Below the pieces are notes generated by a model. That model ran no database searches. It was not told the origin of the DNA and worked only from the letters and a program-made list of their open reading frames with translations. Source: Nitrososphaeraceae archaeon (lineage in GTDB: Archaea > Thermoproteota > Nitrososphaeria > Nitrososphaerales > Nitrososphaeraceae). From it: a DNA stretch of 64,000 bases. Made by a program: the position numbers and the translations under genes. Each line of letters starts with the position of its first letter. Position 1 is the first letter of the stretch. The DNA lies in the NCBI GenBank assembly GCA_033272285.1, contig JASKBU010000088.1, positions 8,687 through 72,686 on the forward strand. Reading direction: 5' to 3'. Below, piece by piece: positions 7,890 through 17,315 of this stretch.

Positions 7890-8780
7890 CTAACTTGGTG
7901 TATAACCTTTGCTTTTTAATTGGGCAGCTAAACTATTAGCTTTCATTGCTGATTTTGAAACTATTAGTCCTGCAGTCTCGTTTGTCATAATGTTTGATTC
8001 TATTGCAAGCGTTTGTGCATTTCTAGATGCCTTGGACAATAAGTATCCGATTGATTCTTTTGTAAAGTAACTTGATTCAATAGCAAGGGAAATAGATTCG
8101 TTGTGTGCTCTGCCTAATTCATTCTTAAATTCTTTTAAATCAATTCTTAGATCATTTTCCTCAAATACTAATTTGTCTGAAAGCGCGTAGTTTACTACAA
8201 TTCCTGCTTCAATAGGTTTTATGTTTAACTTTGAAAGTAGAGATGCAAGCTTTGTGGAAATCACATCTCCGGGCTTTGCGACGACAGTGTCTTTACTAAC
8301 CCATATTGTGCCTTGATCTATCTTTGTAGGCACACTTGCTTCTTTGAATTCTGACAATACAGGTCCCGGAGTTATTCCTGTGTCACCAGAAGCAATCATT
8401 ATTTCAGTTCTTGTAACATCTCCGCCCTTTGCAGGTAGGAATACCTTATTTTGATCAAAAATTAGGTTAAGCTTGAATGGACTTATGTTGGTAAACATTA
8501 GAGCACATTGTCCTTCTAGCTGGGAACTTAATTTCTCAATGCCATGTACATCTGACAGTTTTTCAAATGCCCTTTGTGTTACCCTATTTTTTATTACTTT
8601 GATGATGATGTCCTTGTGGAACTTTTTCCTTATCATCATTAATTGTGTAGCTCTAACCTTGTTTACCTTAGAGAGTGCTATGACATTATAGGACTTTGGA
8701 AGTTCGACCATTTTCTGATATAGCTCTTGCTTTCCTTTAGGATAAGTTGTTCTGGCGTGCTTGTTGTCAGTCATAATCAC
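7890..8780 (-). CDS. rplP0: 50S ribosomal stalk protein P0 (L10)
   Basis: 296 aa with an L10 N-terminal domain (..YNVIALSKVNKVRATQLMMIRKKF..). It is adjacent to and co-oriented with L1. Confidence 0.9.
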   Translation of the reverse strand: MIMTDNKHARTTYPKGKQELYQKMVELPKSYNVIALSKVNKVRATQLMMIRKKFHKDIIIKVIKNRVTQRAFEKLSDVHGIEKLSSQLEGQCALMFTNISPFKLNLIFDQNKVFLPAKGGDVTRTEIMIASGDTGITPGPVLSEFKEASVPTKIDQGTIWVSKDTVVAKPGDVISTKLASLLSKLNIKPIEAGIVVNYALSDKLVFEENDLRIDLKEFKNELGRAHNESISLAIESSYFTKESIGYLLSKASRNAQTLAIESNIMTNETAGLIVSKSAMKANSLAAQLKSKGYTPS

Positions 8781-8788
8781 ATCTCGCC

Positions 8789-9457
8789 TTACTTTTTGTT
8801 TTTCTCCGAAGGTACTGCTGAAGCCTTGGAGGGTTTGCTCATTGTAAATTTTATAATAGCGTTATGAATATTCTTGTCGCCCTGTGGCAATTTCTTTTCA
8901 ACTGCTGAAATAATCGCCTGCGCATTGCTCGCAAGTTGCTCGTCTTGCATTTTTTCGTCACCTATCTTGGCAGAAACATTGAGTTGATTCTTTGCTCTTG
9001 CCCTAACTGATCCCCTGAATCTATCTGCAATGTTCTCTATGGGTGCCCCGTATGGAAGCGGAGATGGCATTTTACCCTTGGGTCCCATGAATTGTCCTAA
9101 CGAGCGACCTACGCGGGACATTAATGTAGTATCTGCAAGGAAGAAATCATAAGCCTTTACAACTTTTCTTGCGTCCTTCTTGTTAGTGCCAAGTCTGTCC
9201 AACTCATCAGGTTCTATTACTCTATCGACTTCAGCCTTTCTTGCTCTCGTTCCCATATCACCTGACGCAAATACACAAATGGTCGAAGTCTTTGTGGACT
9301 TGTTTGGAAGATTTACTACCTCGTTAACGCTAAATCCCTTTTTAACATCAATATCTTTTAAAATCAGTGTTAATTCTGCAGATTGAGTGAAATTACGTTT
9401 ACTAATTCCATCACGAGCATTTTTTATCATGCCCTTTAACTGATTATCATCAAGCAT
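8789..9457 (-). CDS. rpl1: 50S ribosomal protein L1
   Basis: 222 aa. ..FTQSAELTLILKDIDVKK.. and ..FDFFLADTTLMSRVGRSLGQFMGPKGKMP.. are typical L1 motifs. Confidence 0.95.
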   Translation of the reverse strand: MLDDNQLKGMIKNARDGISKRNFTQSAELTLILKDIDVKKGFSVNEVVNLPNKSTKTSTICVFASGDMGTRARKAEVDRVIEPDELDRLGTNKKDARKVVKAYDFFLADTTLMSRVGRSLGQFMGPKGKMPSPLPYGAPIENIADRFRGSVRARAKNQLNVSAKIGDEKMQDEQLASNAQAIISAVEKKLPQGDKNIHNAIIKFTMSKPSKASAVPSEKNKK

Positions 9458-9605
9458 AGTTGAAATTTTTAGAATTTAAGCCACTTATAAACGTGAGTTG
9501 AAATTTGGAATCAAATTGATCTTGAAGGTAACGGTAAAATGCTATAATTGACAGCCACTTGACTGACCGGCACTAATAACATTTGTTCATTCTGAAAAAG
9601 TGGCA

Positions 9606-9695
9606 CGGGCCCGGAGGGCTTCGATCCCTCGACTTCCGGCTCTCTTTGTTAGAACTTAGAAGGCAGGCGCTCTATCCAAGCTGAGCTACGAGCCC
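9606..9695 (-). tRNA. tRNA-Arg(UCU) with a ~15-nt canonical (37/38) intron
   Basis: Minus strand: GGGCTCG-TA-GCTC-AGCTTGGATA-GAGC-G-CCTGC-CTTCTA[AGTTCTAACAAAGAG]A-GCCGG-AAGTC-GAGGG-ATCGAAG-CCCTC-CGGGCCC-G. There is one U-C mismatch in the anticodon stem. The total is 90 nt: 75 mature plus 15 intron. Confidence 0.8.
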
Positions 9696-9918
9696 ATGAG
9701 GCCTTGCATGATTTGCAAATCCTTTGCAAAAAGGAAATAAAATATTGACTTATAAACTGTTCAAAAGTTCATGAGCAAAAAGAAATTACCATAACTAGGT
9801 TTATGGTTCCAGTTCTAGTTATGAAGTTAGCCTTAAGTGTAAAGGACATCAGTTCCAAAATAACCATGATTTGTTATCAAACATTTAGCCAAATTTCACT
9901 TTCTATTTCAGATAACCA

Positions 9919-10551
9919 CTACCATTTTCTAACTTTAACAACTTCGAATGCCTCGGCATATTTGGCATCTACTTGATATCCTCTATAAGAACATCTACCG
10001 ATAACTGCAGGTATCCAAATCTCCCCGCAGCGGATAAATTGAGATTGAAAACATTCAAGTGCATTTTTCTTTATATCTATTGTTTCAGTGATATCTACAA
10101 ATAATTGTGGTCTAAATGAATTTTCAGTAATGCCACCTGGTATCGTAGTTTCATACATGAACAAGTTATTCTGGTTTCTACAAGCTGAAATCACACTGCT
10201 AGTTAAAATTTGATGATCCTGATGAGAGTCGCCGTACCACTGAGTAAAAACCGAATCTGGTTTGTGTTCTTTAATCAACGAATCAATTAAGGTAACCAAT
10301 TTTCTACCAAACACCATCTGTTCCGGAGACAGGTCAAGAAATATTGGAGATTTACACCCCATCACTTTAGCTGACAACATTGATTCTGACTTTCTTCCTT
10401 CTTTAGTGTCTGACTTTATAAAATTTGGTAACGTAGCTATGACTGGCTGAACGTTATAGCCCATGGCAGAAAGTTTAGAAATTGTACCACCCATGCCAAT
10501 TTCAAGGTCGTCTGGATGTGCGCCAAAAGCTATAATTGTTTTAGATTCCAT
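9919..10551 (-). CDS. PIG-L/LmbE family N-acetylglucosaminyl deacetylase
   Basis: The N-terminal AHPDDLEIGMGGT zinc-site motif and downstream HQDH are characteristic of the family. Confidence 0.8.
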   Translation of the reverse strand: MESKTIIAFGAHPDDLEIGMGGTISKLSAMGYNVQPVIATLPNFIKSDTKEGRKSESMLSAKVMGCKSPIFLDLSPEQMVFGRKLVTLIDSLIKEHKPDSVFTQWYGDSHQDHQILTSSVISACRNQNNLFMYETTIPGGITENSFRPQLFVDITETIDIKKNALECFQSQFIRCGEIWIPAVIGRCSYRGYQVDAKYAEAFEVVKVRKW

Positions 10552-10578
10552 ACAAACAGATCAAGATTGTATTCCTAT

Positions 10579-11523
10579 TTATGAACTGTTAATGGCATGC
10601 GGAATCAACCTGGCACCTCTCAATTCTCTGAATCTTCGGTATTCCTTGTCGACTTCCATTGCGGAGATCAATATCTTGCTTTTTATTGATTTTGACGACT
10701 GCAGGAACATCTTTGTGTCCTTGGGTAAACAATGTCCTCCGACTCCATCACGAGGTTCAAGAATTTTTACATTCCATTTTGTGTTCAAGGAATCTCTCAG
10801 TTCTCCAAAGTTAACGTTATTGGCCTGACAGTAGAGATACAAATCCTCGGAAAAGGCTATTTGCAGATACCTGTCGGCGTTTTCAATTATTTTGGTCAGT
10901 TCTGCGATCTCTATTTCAGATACAGGGTGCAAAGGAATACCAAGATCGACAGCCGTGGTTTGAGCGCTTCCGCTTGTATTTTCATTATTAGTGTTGTCGT
11001 TAAATTCAAGGGCTATATTATTCCTGTCGTAGAACTGAAGTGCTGTCTTTAGACAACAGTCACTTACTCCACCGATTACTCTGACTTGATTAACCCCATG
11101 TACGTCTTCTTCAAGAGCATACCATCGGTGAGGAACATGTGCCACGTGAAGTCTGTGGTTTAGAATTTCAAAAATTTTCTTTGAAGTTCCTTTTGGCACA
11201 GTACTTTCTATGGAAACAAGAGAACCGTTCTTTGCATCTTTAGAGATTTTTCTTGCTAGCTCAAAAAGACCATCTACATATGGTGTATATTCGTCATCGG
11301 GATCGTGCGTAGAAACACACAAGATAAAAACATCAATGTCATCAAATTGTTCAATACTCTTAACTCCAAAGTTTTTCTCGGCCTGCTTCATTTTTTCCGA
11401 GTTCATATCATATCCAAATGTCTCGAAACCTCTTTGTTTCACATATTTTGCAACAGGCAAACCTAATTGCCCAAGACCTATAACTAAAACTTTATTGATT
11501 TGAAATCCTAATTCTGAGTGCAT
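10579..11523 (-). CDS. nucleotide-sugar dehydrogenase family protein, short form (no C-terminal domain)
   Basis: Rossmann fold VIGLGQLGLPVA and catalytic-Cys motif GGHCLPKD. The protein ends about 49 aa after the Cys, so the usual third (UDP-binding) domain is absent. Confidence 0.7.
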   Translation of the reverse strand: MHSELGFQINKVLVIGLGQLGLPVAKYVKQRGFETFGYDMNSEKMKQAEKNFGVKSIEQFDDIDVFILCVSTHDPDDEYTPYVDGLFELARKISKDAKNGSLVSIESTVPKGTSKKIFEILNHRLHVAHVPHRWYALEEDVHGVNQVRVIGGVSDCCLKTALQFYDRNNIALEFNDNTNNENTSGSAQTTAVDLGIPLHPVSEIEIAELTKIIENADRYLQIAFSEDLYLYCQANNVNFGELRDSLNTKWNVKILEPRDGVGGHCLPKDTKMFLQSSKSIKSKILISAMEVDKEYRRFRELRGARLIPHAINSS

Positions 11524-11746
11524 TTTTGCTGATACTAAAGATTTATAATATAATTATTAAAGGCTTGAGATGGAATAAAACGTAAGTTAATCACTAAAGA
11601 AATTTCTATTTTGTTCTTATAGAACTATTTGTATAAACTTGTGATATCTTTATCAACCTAAGGCTAATTTTATCCTCTCTGATTTTTGCCTAGCTTTGAT
11701 TAAATTACTTGCTAGATATAAATAATCAAGCTAGAATAATAGATAT

Positions 11747-12958
11747 GTGATAAGAATTGGTTTAATAGGCAAAACAAATACTGGAAAAACTACTTTCTTT
11801 AACTCGGCTACTTTGGGAAATGAAGAAATTGCAAATTACCCATTTACAACAAAAAAACCAATTCATGGAAATGCCCACGTAATTACCTTGTGTGTTCATA
11901 AGGAATTTGGAGTTGTTGACAACCCACGAAATTCTCTCTGTCAAGACGGATGGCGATTTATTCCTGTAGAACTGATAGACCTTCCTGGACTCATAAAAGG
12001 TGCTTGGGAAGGTAAAGGACTTGGTAACCAGTTTTTATCCGTTGCCGCACAATCTGATGTCTTACTGCACATTGTAGATGCATCAGGAAGTATTGACGCA
12101 TCTGGTAAAATCGCCGAAGCTGGTGCCGGAGACCCAATTGCGGATGTATCCGATATAGAAGAAGAGCTCGTATTATGGTATTTGAAATTATTTGAGGGAA
12201 ATCGAGAGAAAATATCAAGAATGACTAACACCGGCATGGACACTGCTCGTGCTGTTACTGAAATATTTGGCGGTATTGGAGTAAAAGAATGGCACGTAAA
12301 AAAATCAATAGCTGAAAATAATCTTGCCGACAAAAATATACATGAGCTTGATTCAGATGAAAGTCGAAAATTTGTTTCTACCCTTAGGGAAATATCAAAA
12401 CCTTCGCTTATCGTAGCAAACAAGATAGATCTTCATCCGGCTGCGGAGAATTTCAAGAGGCTTCGTGAACACAATAAGCATATGTTTGTAATTCCTTCGA
12501 GTACCGATGCTGAACTTACTTTGCGTAGAGCACAGAACAGGGGTTTGATAAAATATTCTCCTGGAGACGAAATATTTGATATATTCGAAAATACAGTACT
12601 TAATGAAAAACAAAAGTGGGCGCTGAATTTCATCAGAAAAGATGTGTTAGGCGAGTATCTTAGAACGGGAGTACAGTTTGCTTTAAACATTGCTGTTTTC
12701 AAGTTATTAAACATGAACGTAGTTTACCCTGTTTCCGATCCAAACAAGTTGTCCGATAAAAAGGGTAACGTACTTCCAGATGCCTTTCTTATGAAAAATG
12801 GTTCCTCTGTGCAGGATCTTGCGAGTGAAATACACACGGAATTATCCAAAGGTATTGTTTATGCGGTCGATGTTAGAAACGGTCTAAGATTACCTGGTGA
12901 CTATCAAATAAAAGACAGAGATGTGCTGTCTATAGTTTCAACAATGATAAAAAAATGA
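11747..12958 (+). CDS. OBG-type P-loop NTPase (YchF/DRG-like) with C-terminal TGS-like domain
   Basis: G1 motif GKTNTGKTT, then NYPFTT and DLPGL. GTG start. Confidence 0.8.
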   Translation: MIRIGLIGKTNTGKTTFFNSATLGNEEIANYPFTTKKPIHGNAHVITLCVHKEFGVVDNPRNSLCQDGWRFIPVELIDLPGLIKGAWEGKGLGNQFLSVAAQSDVLLHIVDASGSIDASGKIAEAGAGDPIADVSDIEEELVLWYLKLFEGNREKISRMTNTGMDTARAVTEIFGGIGVKEWHVKKSIAENNLADKNIHELDSDESRKFVSTLREISKPSLIVANKIDLHPAAENFKRLREHNKHMFVIPSSTDAELTLRRAQNRGLIKYSPGDEIFDIFENTVLNEKQKWALNFIRKDVLGEYLRTGVQFALNIAVFKLLNMNVVYPVSDPNKLSDKKGNVLPDAFLMKNGSSVQDLASEIHTELSKGIVYAVDVRNGLRLPGDYQIKDRDVLSIVSTMIKK

Positions 12959-13067
12959 GTGAAAGTAATGAAGAAAAGGAAACAGTGTATCTTATTAAAT
13001 AATATTACAATTTGATCAGATAGTAATTGAAATTATATTAAGTGTCCAAAAATAACTAGACTAGGGA

Positions 13068-13250
13068 TCATTTTTTGTAGTCACTTAATACGTCTCTATA
13101 TCTTACGTCCCTATAGGCAATGTACTTTACATATTCGCCATACGTCATTTCTAGACTGCAGAATTGACACTTTACAAAGCTAAAATCATCTGAAAGCTCG
13201 GCAGGTTTCCTGCAATCTGGACAAACAATCTTCATAATATCTTTAACCAA
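13068..13250 (-). CDS. small C4 zinc-ribbon protein
   Basis: 60 aa with CPDC ... CQFC pairs. Confidence 0.45.
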   Translation of the reverse strand: MVKDIMKIVCPDCRKPAELSDDFSFVKCQFCSLEMTYGEYVKYIAYRDVRYRDVLSDYKK

Positions 13251-13289
13251 AAACTGACAAATAAGCGTTGGCCGTCTGACCGAATTGTG

Positions 13290-13502
13290 TTATATTGCTT
13301 TTACTTGCTTCACGATAGGCTGTCTTGCCTTTCGAAATACCCTAAATCCACAAATACACTTTATTTCAGGGAGTTTAGAGAGTTCTTCGTTAGAAACAGG
13401 AGTACCGCATCGCATGCATTCGTAAATAACATTTCCTACAGAATTTTCACTTGGGATAGTGCTAGTGTCGCCTTCTCCCGTATTTTCGCTTGCCACAATC
13501 AC
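13290..13502 (-). CDS. rpoP: DNA-directed RNA polymerase subunit P (Rpo12/RPABC4) with N-terminal extension
   Basis: YECMRCG...(x17)...CICGFRVFRKARQP matches the RpoP zinc-ribbon pattern. About 25 extra N-terminal residues are present. Confidence 0.75.
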   Translation of the reverse strand: MIVASENTGEGDTSTIPSENSVGNVIYECMRCGTPVSNEELSKLPEIKCICGFRVFRKARQPIVKQVKAI

Positions 13503-13600
13503 TGTCTTATTGCATTGAAATTTATTTGTTTATCTCGATTTTGCGATAGGTTCTAAATTTGAGTAGAATATGTACGATCAATACATTTGGCCGATTCAGT

Positions 13601-14548
13601 TCAAGTTAATGATCTCTTAATTGCCGTCTTCATTTCCTTTATACATGCATTAGGATTTCTCGGATCACTTTCCAATCTTCCACCAGAAGCAAATTCATGT
13701 CCACCACCTTCAACGAGAAACGACGCTACTTTATTACATGAAATTTTGTTTGTATTCCTTCTGATGCTTACTTTTCCCTCCTTATTAAAGAGCATAACTA
13801 GGTCAATTTTCATTTTGGAGAATATTTCATTGGCAAAAAGGCTTGCCTGAACAAGCGGGTATGTGAAAACAAATGCCACATTAAATGAGTTGACTTTCTT
13901 AATTACTAGTGTATTAAGGGACTTGCTTTTTTGATAGTCGCTCAATTTGGCGAATTTTACATAATCAAGCTGCATGTCATGGTCCCATAACACTCCTATC
14001 GATGCTTTTCGAACTAGAGATTCAAGTTTTTGTCTGGATCTTGAACTTCGGTAAAAATGGATTAATTCAGAGACTCTGGAATCATGATTCTTGACATCCG
14101 TCATAAAATCAGAGATATGCGCTATCAGTTTTAGCTGTTTTGCAATTTTGCTCTTGTTCATGAGCCTTTCATACATGATCTCAGTTGCACATTTCTTTCC
14201 AGTGGGGTCGTGATACAATTTAATCAATTTTCGAATTGACGCAAGGCTTTGTCTGTGCCAGGGATGATGATCGACCCAAATTATAGACCATCGTCTCGTT
14301 TTCAGATACCGAATTGTATCTATGCATAATTGTGATACACTCCCATCATTTATGCCAAGATCAGAAATAATTGCAAGTCCGCCTACAGCCTTCCTTGCTT
14401 CACCTTTCAGGTAATCAAACATTCTTTTGAGGTAATCTAGACCGTAATTATAGAAGGAAATATGAGCACCAGGATATTTTATCAGGGCAACAGAAGCAGA
14501 ATACATGCCATCAATATCGGCTTCATGTGAGCATATTATTACTCGCAT
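13601..14548 (-). CDS. DHH/DHHA1 family phosphoesterase
   Basis: HEADIDG, VDHHPWH (DHH motif) and GGGHEFASGG (DHHA1 motif). Confidence 0.8.
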   Translation of the reverse strand: MRVIICSHEADIDGMYSASVALIKYPGAHISFYNYGLDYLKRMFDYLKGEARKAVGGLAIISDLGINDGSVSQLCIDTIRYLKTRRWSIIWVDHHPWHRQSLASIRKLIKLYHDPTGKKCATEIMYERLMNKSKIAKQLKLIAHISDFMTDVKNHDSRVSELIHFYRSSRSRQKLESLVRKASIGVLWDHDMQLDYVKFAKLSDYQKSKSLNTLVIKKVNSFNVAFVFTYPLVQASLFANEIFSKMKIDLVMLFNKEGKVSIRRNTNKISCNKVASFLVEGGGHEFASGGRLESDPRNPNACIKEMKTAIKRSLT

Positions 14549-14743
14549 TATTCAAAGTGAGTTTGAACTGAATATGTATTTAGTGTCTCATCCTTATCTC
14601 AATTTGGCGTCTAATAATCCATGAAAATGATAAATCGTTAACAAGAGTTGCGCTAACGCCGACTTGGCTCAAAGTCATGATGAAAAGAGCTCCAAGAATA
14701 ATTTTATATTTAATAGAATCTGTCAGATAATACATTACGGATT

Positions 14744-15286
14744 ATGTACTACTCCATTGAAAAAAGAATATCTGCAAGGACTGTATATCTCATAGTTTTT
14801 TACATATCCGCTATTATGATGACCGCTATTACGTTCTATGCGCTGTACCAGAGTATAATTGAATTTGCAGCCACAGGTAAAATAGTGATAGGAGAAATTC
14901 TCGTAAGAACAGAATTTCCATTTAAGGGATTTTCAAAGCTAATTACGTACCTGATGATTGTTTCTGTAGTTTCATGGTACTGCGTTACCAAACTTGGTGG
15001 TGACAAAGTCAAGGAAATCTCCCCAGCTCTGCGTTCTATCTTCCAGCTTATCGTGTTAGCGATTGTAGTTATTTCGCTTTACGAATTTGTCTATAATTTT
15101 GTTGTATGGAGTTCACTAATAACTATCAATGCACTTGGTGGAAGCATAAATTTGGACAGTCTTAGTATCGCCTATCCCAATCCTCAAACCCCTTGGAATT
15201 TGGTATTTGCTACCAAGATGTCTCTTGCAGCATTTTTAATATCTTCTCATGGGTTTTATATTATTTCAAAAAAGGGCAAGACGTAG
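14744..15286 (+). CDS. hypothetical integral membrane protein
   Basis: 180 aa with about five hydrophobic segments. Confidence 0.5.
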   Translation: MYYSIEKRISARTVYLIVFYISAIMMTAITFYALYQSIIEFAATGKIVIGEILVRTEFPFKGFSKLITYLMIVSVVSWYCVTKLGGDKVKEISPALRSIFQLIVLAIVVISLYEFVYNFVVWSSLITINALGGSINLDSLSIAYPNPQTPWNLVFATKMSLAAFLISSHGFYIISKKGKT

Positions 15287-15391
15287 CTCAAAAATACACT
15301 AATTATATACGCAATGCAAAGCAAAGCAATGGCACACGTTAAACTTTAGGCAAAGTTATATGCCCGTTTTTTACTCACAGAATATAGTAAG

Positions 15392-15850
15392 ATGGCTTCT
15401 ACGGACAATTCTAAAGACCAAGTTTCAGCTGAACAAAAAGTTAACGAGATGATTCAGCAATCAAAAATTCTTGAAGCTTATATGAATGATATTTTAACAA
15501 AAGAATCGACAGTTAATAGACTAATTGCAGAAGCCCATCTCGCTTCTGAGGCAATTCAAGAATTATCGTCTTCGGCCAAGCAGGAAGAATCTCTTGTCCC
15601 AATTGGAATTGGTGTTTATCTTAAAGTGTCTGTCCCCGCAGTAACTAATCTTCTAGTTAACGTAGGTTCTGGTGTTACTGTTGAAAAGTCGAAAGAAAAC
15701 ACAAAGAATTATGTGGAGTTAAAAATGAAGGAATTTGAGCTTGCATCAAAACAACTACAATCACAGAAAGAGCAGGTGGCGATGCGTATGAATCAACTCC
15801 AAAACGAAATAAATTCTGAAGTTCAAAAATCACAGCACCCTCCAGCTTAG
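15392..15850 (+). CDS. pfdA: prefoldin subunit alpha
   Basis: Two coiled-coil arms flank a central double beta-hairpin (VPIGIGVYLKV...VNVGSGVTVEKS). It sits in the conserved position upstream of ftsY. Confidence 0.85.
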   Translation: MASTDNSKDQVSAEQKVNEMIQQSKILEAYMNDILTKESTVNRLIAEAHLASEAIQELSSSAKQEESLVPIGIGVYLKVSVPAVTNLLVNVGSGVTVEKSKENTKNYVELKMKEFELASKQLQSQKEQVAMRMNQLQNEINSEVQKSQHPPA

Positions 15851-15872
15851 TCAGATTCAGGTTGTTCTCCGT

Positions 15873-17315
15873 TTGTTTGAAAAGTTAAAAAAAATATTCT
15901 CTGAAACCGCAAAGAGCCTTGGTCAAAAATCAATTTCTAAAAAAGAGATTGACAGTATCTTTGACGAATTGCAGATAAGTCTAATGGAAAATGATGTAGC
16001 TCAAGAAATTGTAGACGAGCTGACATCCAAAATAAAAAATGAAATACAGAATTTGAAATTGGAACGGTCAGAAGATTCAGAGCAGGTAATAACAACAAAA
16101 TTATATTCTTTTCTATCCGATTTATTCTTATCGACAAATAACAAGACAGATATCATTCAATCCATACTGGAGAAGAAGAGATCCAAAGCAGGACCATATT
16201 CTATCATCTTTCTTGGTATCAATGGAACAGGAAAGACTACTACCGTTGCAAAATTCTGTAAATTGTTGAGAGATCATGGTGTATCGGTCGTGTTGGCAGC
16301 TGCAGACACACATAGAGCTGGGGCTATTGAACAGATAACACATCATGGTAACAATCTCCATGTTAAAGTAATCACACAAAGATATGGGGCTGATCCATCT
16401 GCTGTCGCAAGGGATGCTTTGGAGCACGCTCGAAAGAATTACATTGACGCTGTACTAATAGATACAGCTGGCAGAATGCAGACTTCTAAGAACCTCATGG
16501 AGGAAGTTAGCAAGATAATTCGAGTTATAAAACCTGACATGAAAATATTCATCGGTGATTCCTTAGCAGGTAACGATACTGTTAACCAGGCAAGAGAATT
16601 CTTTGAGTACACTAATTACGACGGGTCCATATTGACTAAAAGTGATGCTGATTCCAAGGGTGGAGCAGCTATTTCAATTGCTTATTTAACTCGTAAACCC
16701 ATCTTATATTTAGGAGTAGGACAGGGATATGATGACTTGACTGAATTTGATTACGACGCATTTCTTGATTCAATTTTCAAAGACAGATCATATGAAAAAA
16801 GCAGCGACAACCTGAAAGAATTAAAAGATAACTTTTTCGAACAAGAAACTTTGAACGATGTTCCCAAAACAGAATCACAAACTAATAAGAGTACTCTTGA
16901 AACTTTAATTCCTGATACAAATAAGACTGTCAAATCTGATAAGTTGCTCCCGTCTTCTACAATAGCAGCGACAACTAATCCTACTGAGAATGACAAGGAG
17001 TATGTTAGAAGCGAATTTACGAATGTTGGGAAGGAGAAGCCAAATACTAGTAATAACAAGGGCAAAATTGATGATCAATTAGTAAAACAGAAAAATGAAA
17101 TAAAAGCAAAAAAGGGATCCTTTTTGAGATTTTTCAAAGAGAAAGATGACAAGCAAGACGAAGTCCAAGATAATATCAATAAAGTTAAACAAAATGAAGA
17201 TGAAGATATAAAAAGGAAAAAAGATAAAGAAACAAGTAAAAAAGTCACTGAAAGCAAAAATGAGGATGAAGTAGTATATTTAACTGATGATGATATAGAT
17301 GATCTCATTAAATAA
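15873..17315 (+). CDS. ftsY: signal recognition particle receptor FtsY with a 178-aa charged C-terminal extension
   Basis: NG domain motifs: GINGTGKTTT, DTAGR, TKSDADSKGG and LGVGQGYDDL. The NG domain ends near aa 302. TTG start. Confidence 0.9.
   Translation: MFEKLKKIFSETAKSLGQKSISKKEIDSIFDELQISLMENDVAQEIVDELTSKIKNEIQNLKLERSEDSEQVITTKLYSFLSDLFLSTNNKTDIIQSILEKKRSKAGPYSIIFLGINGTGKTTTVAKFCKLLRDHGVSVVLAAADTHRAGAIEQITHHGNNLHVKVITQRYGADPSAVARDALEHARKNYIDAVLIDTAGRMQTSKNLMEEVSKIIRVIKPDMKIFIGDSLAGNDTVNQAREFFEYTNYDGSILTKSDADSKGGAAISIAYLTRKPILYLGVGQGYDDLTEFDYDAFLDSIFKDRSYEKSSDNLKELKDNFFEQETLNDVPKTESQTNKSTLETLIPDTNKTVKSDKLLPSSTIAATTNPTENDKEYVRSEFTNVGKEKPNTSNNKGKIDDQLVKQKNEIKAKKGSFLRFFKEKDDKQDEVQDNINKVKQNEDEDIKRKKDKETSKKVTESKNEDEVVYLTDDDIDDLIK

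Noticed and set aside
9555-9605. Hairpin-closed 51-nt element GCCAC...CTGA-AAAA-GTGGC resembling a C/D box sRNA.
   Set aside because: The putative C box (TTGACTGA) does not match RUGAUGA, and there are no C'/D' boxes. On the minus strand it reads as a stem plus T5 directly after tRNA-Arg, so it is more likely a terminator.
11941-12714. Minus-strand ORFs of 160, 75, 72 and 93 aa.
   Set aside because: All are antisense within the YchF-like GTPase gene and have Ser/Phe-rich nonsense-like composition.
16751-17308. Minus-strand ORFs of 104 and 77 aa.
   Set aside because: They are antisense to the Lys/Glu-rich FtsY tail. Their Ser/Phe/Leu-rich translations are the complement of AAR and GAR codons.
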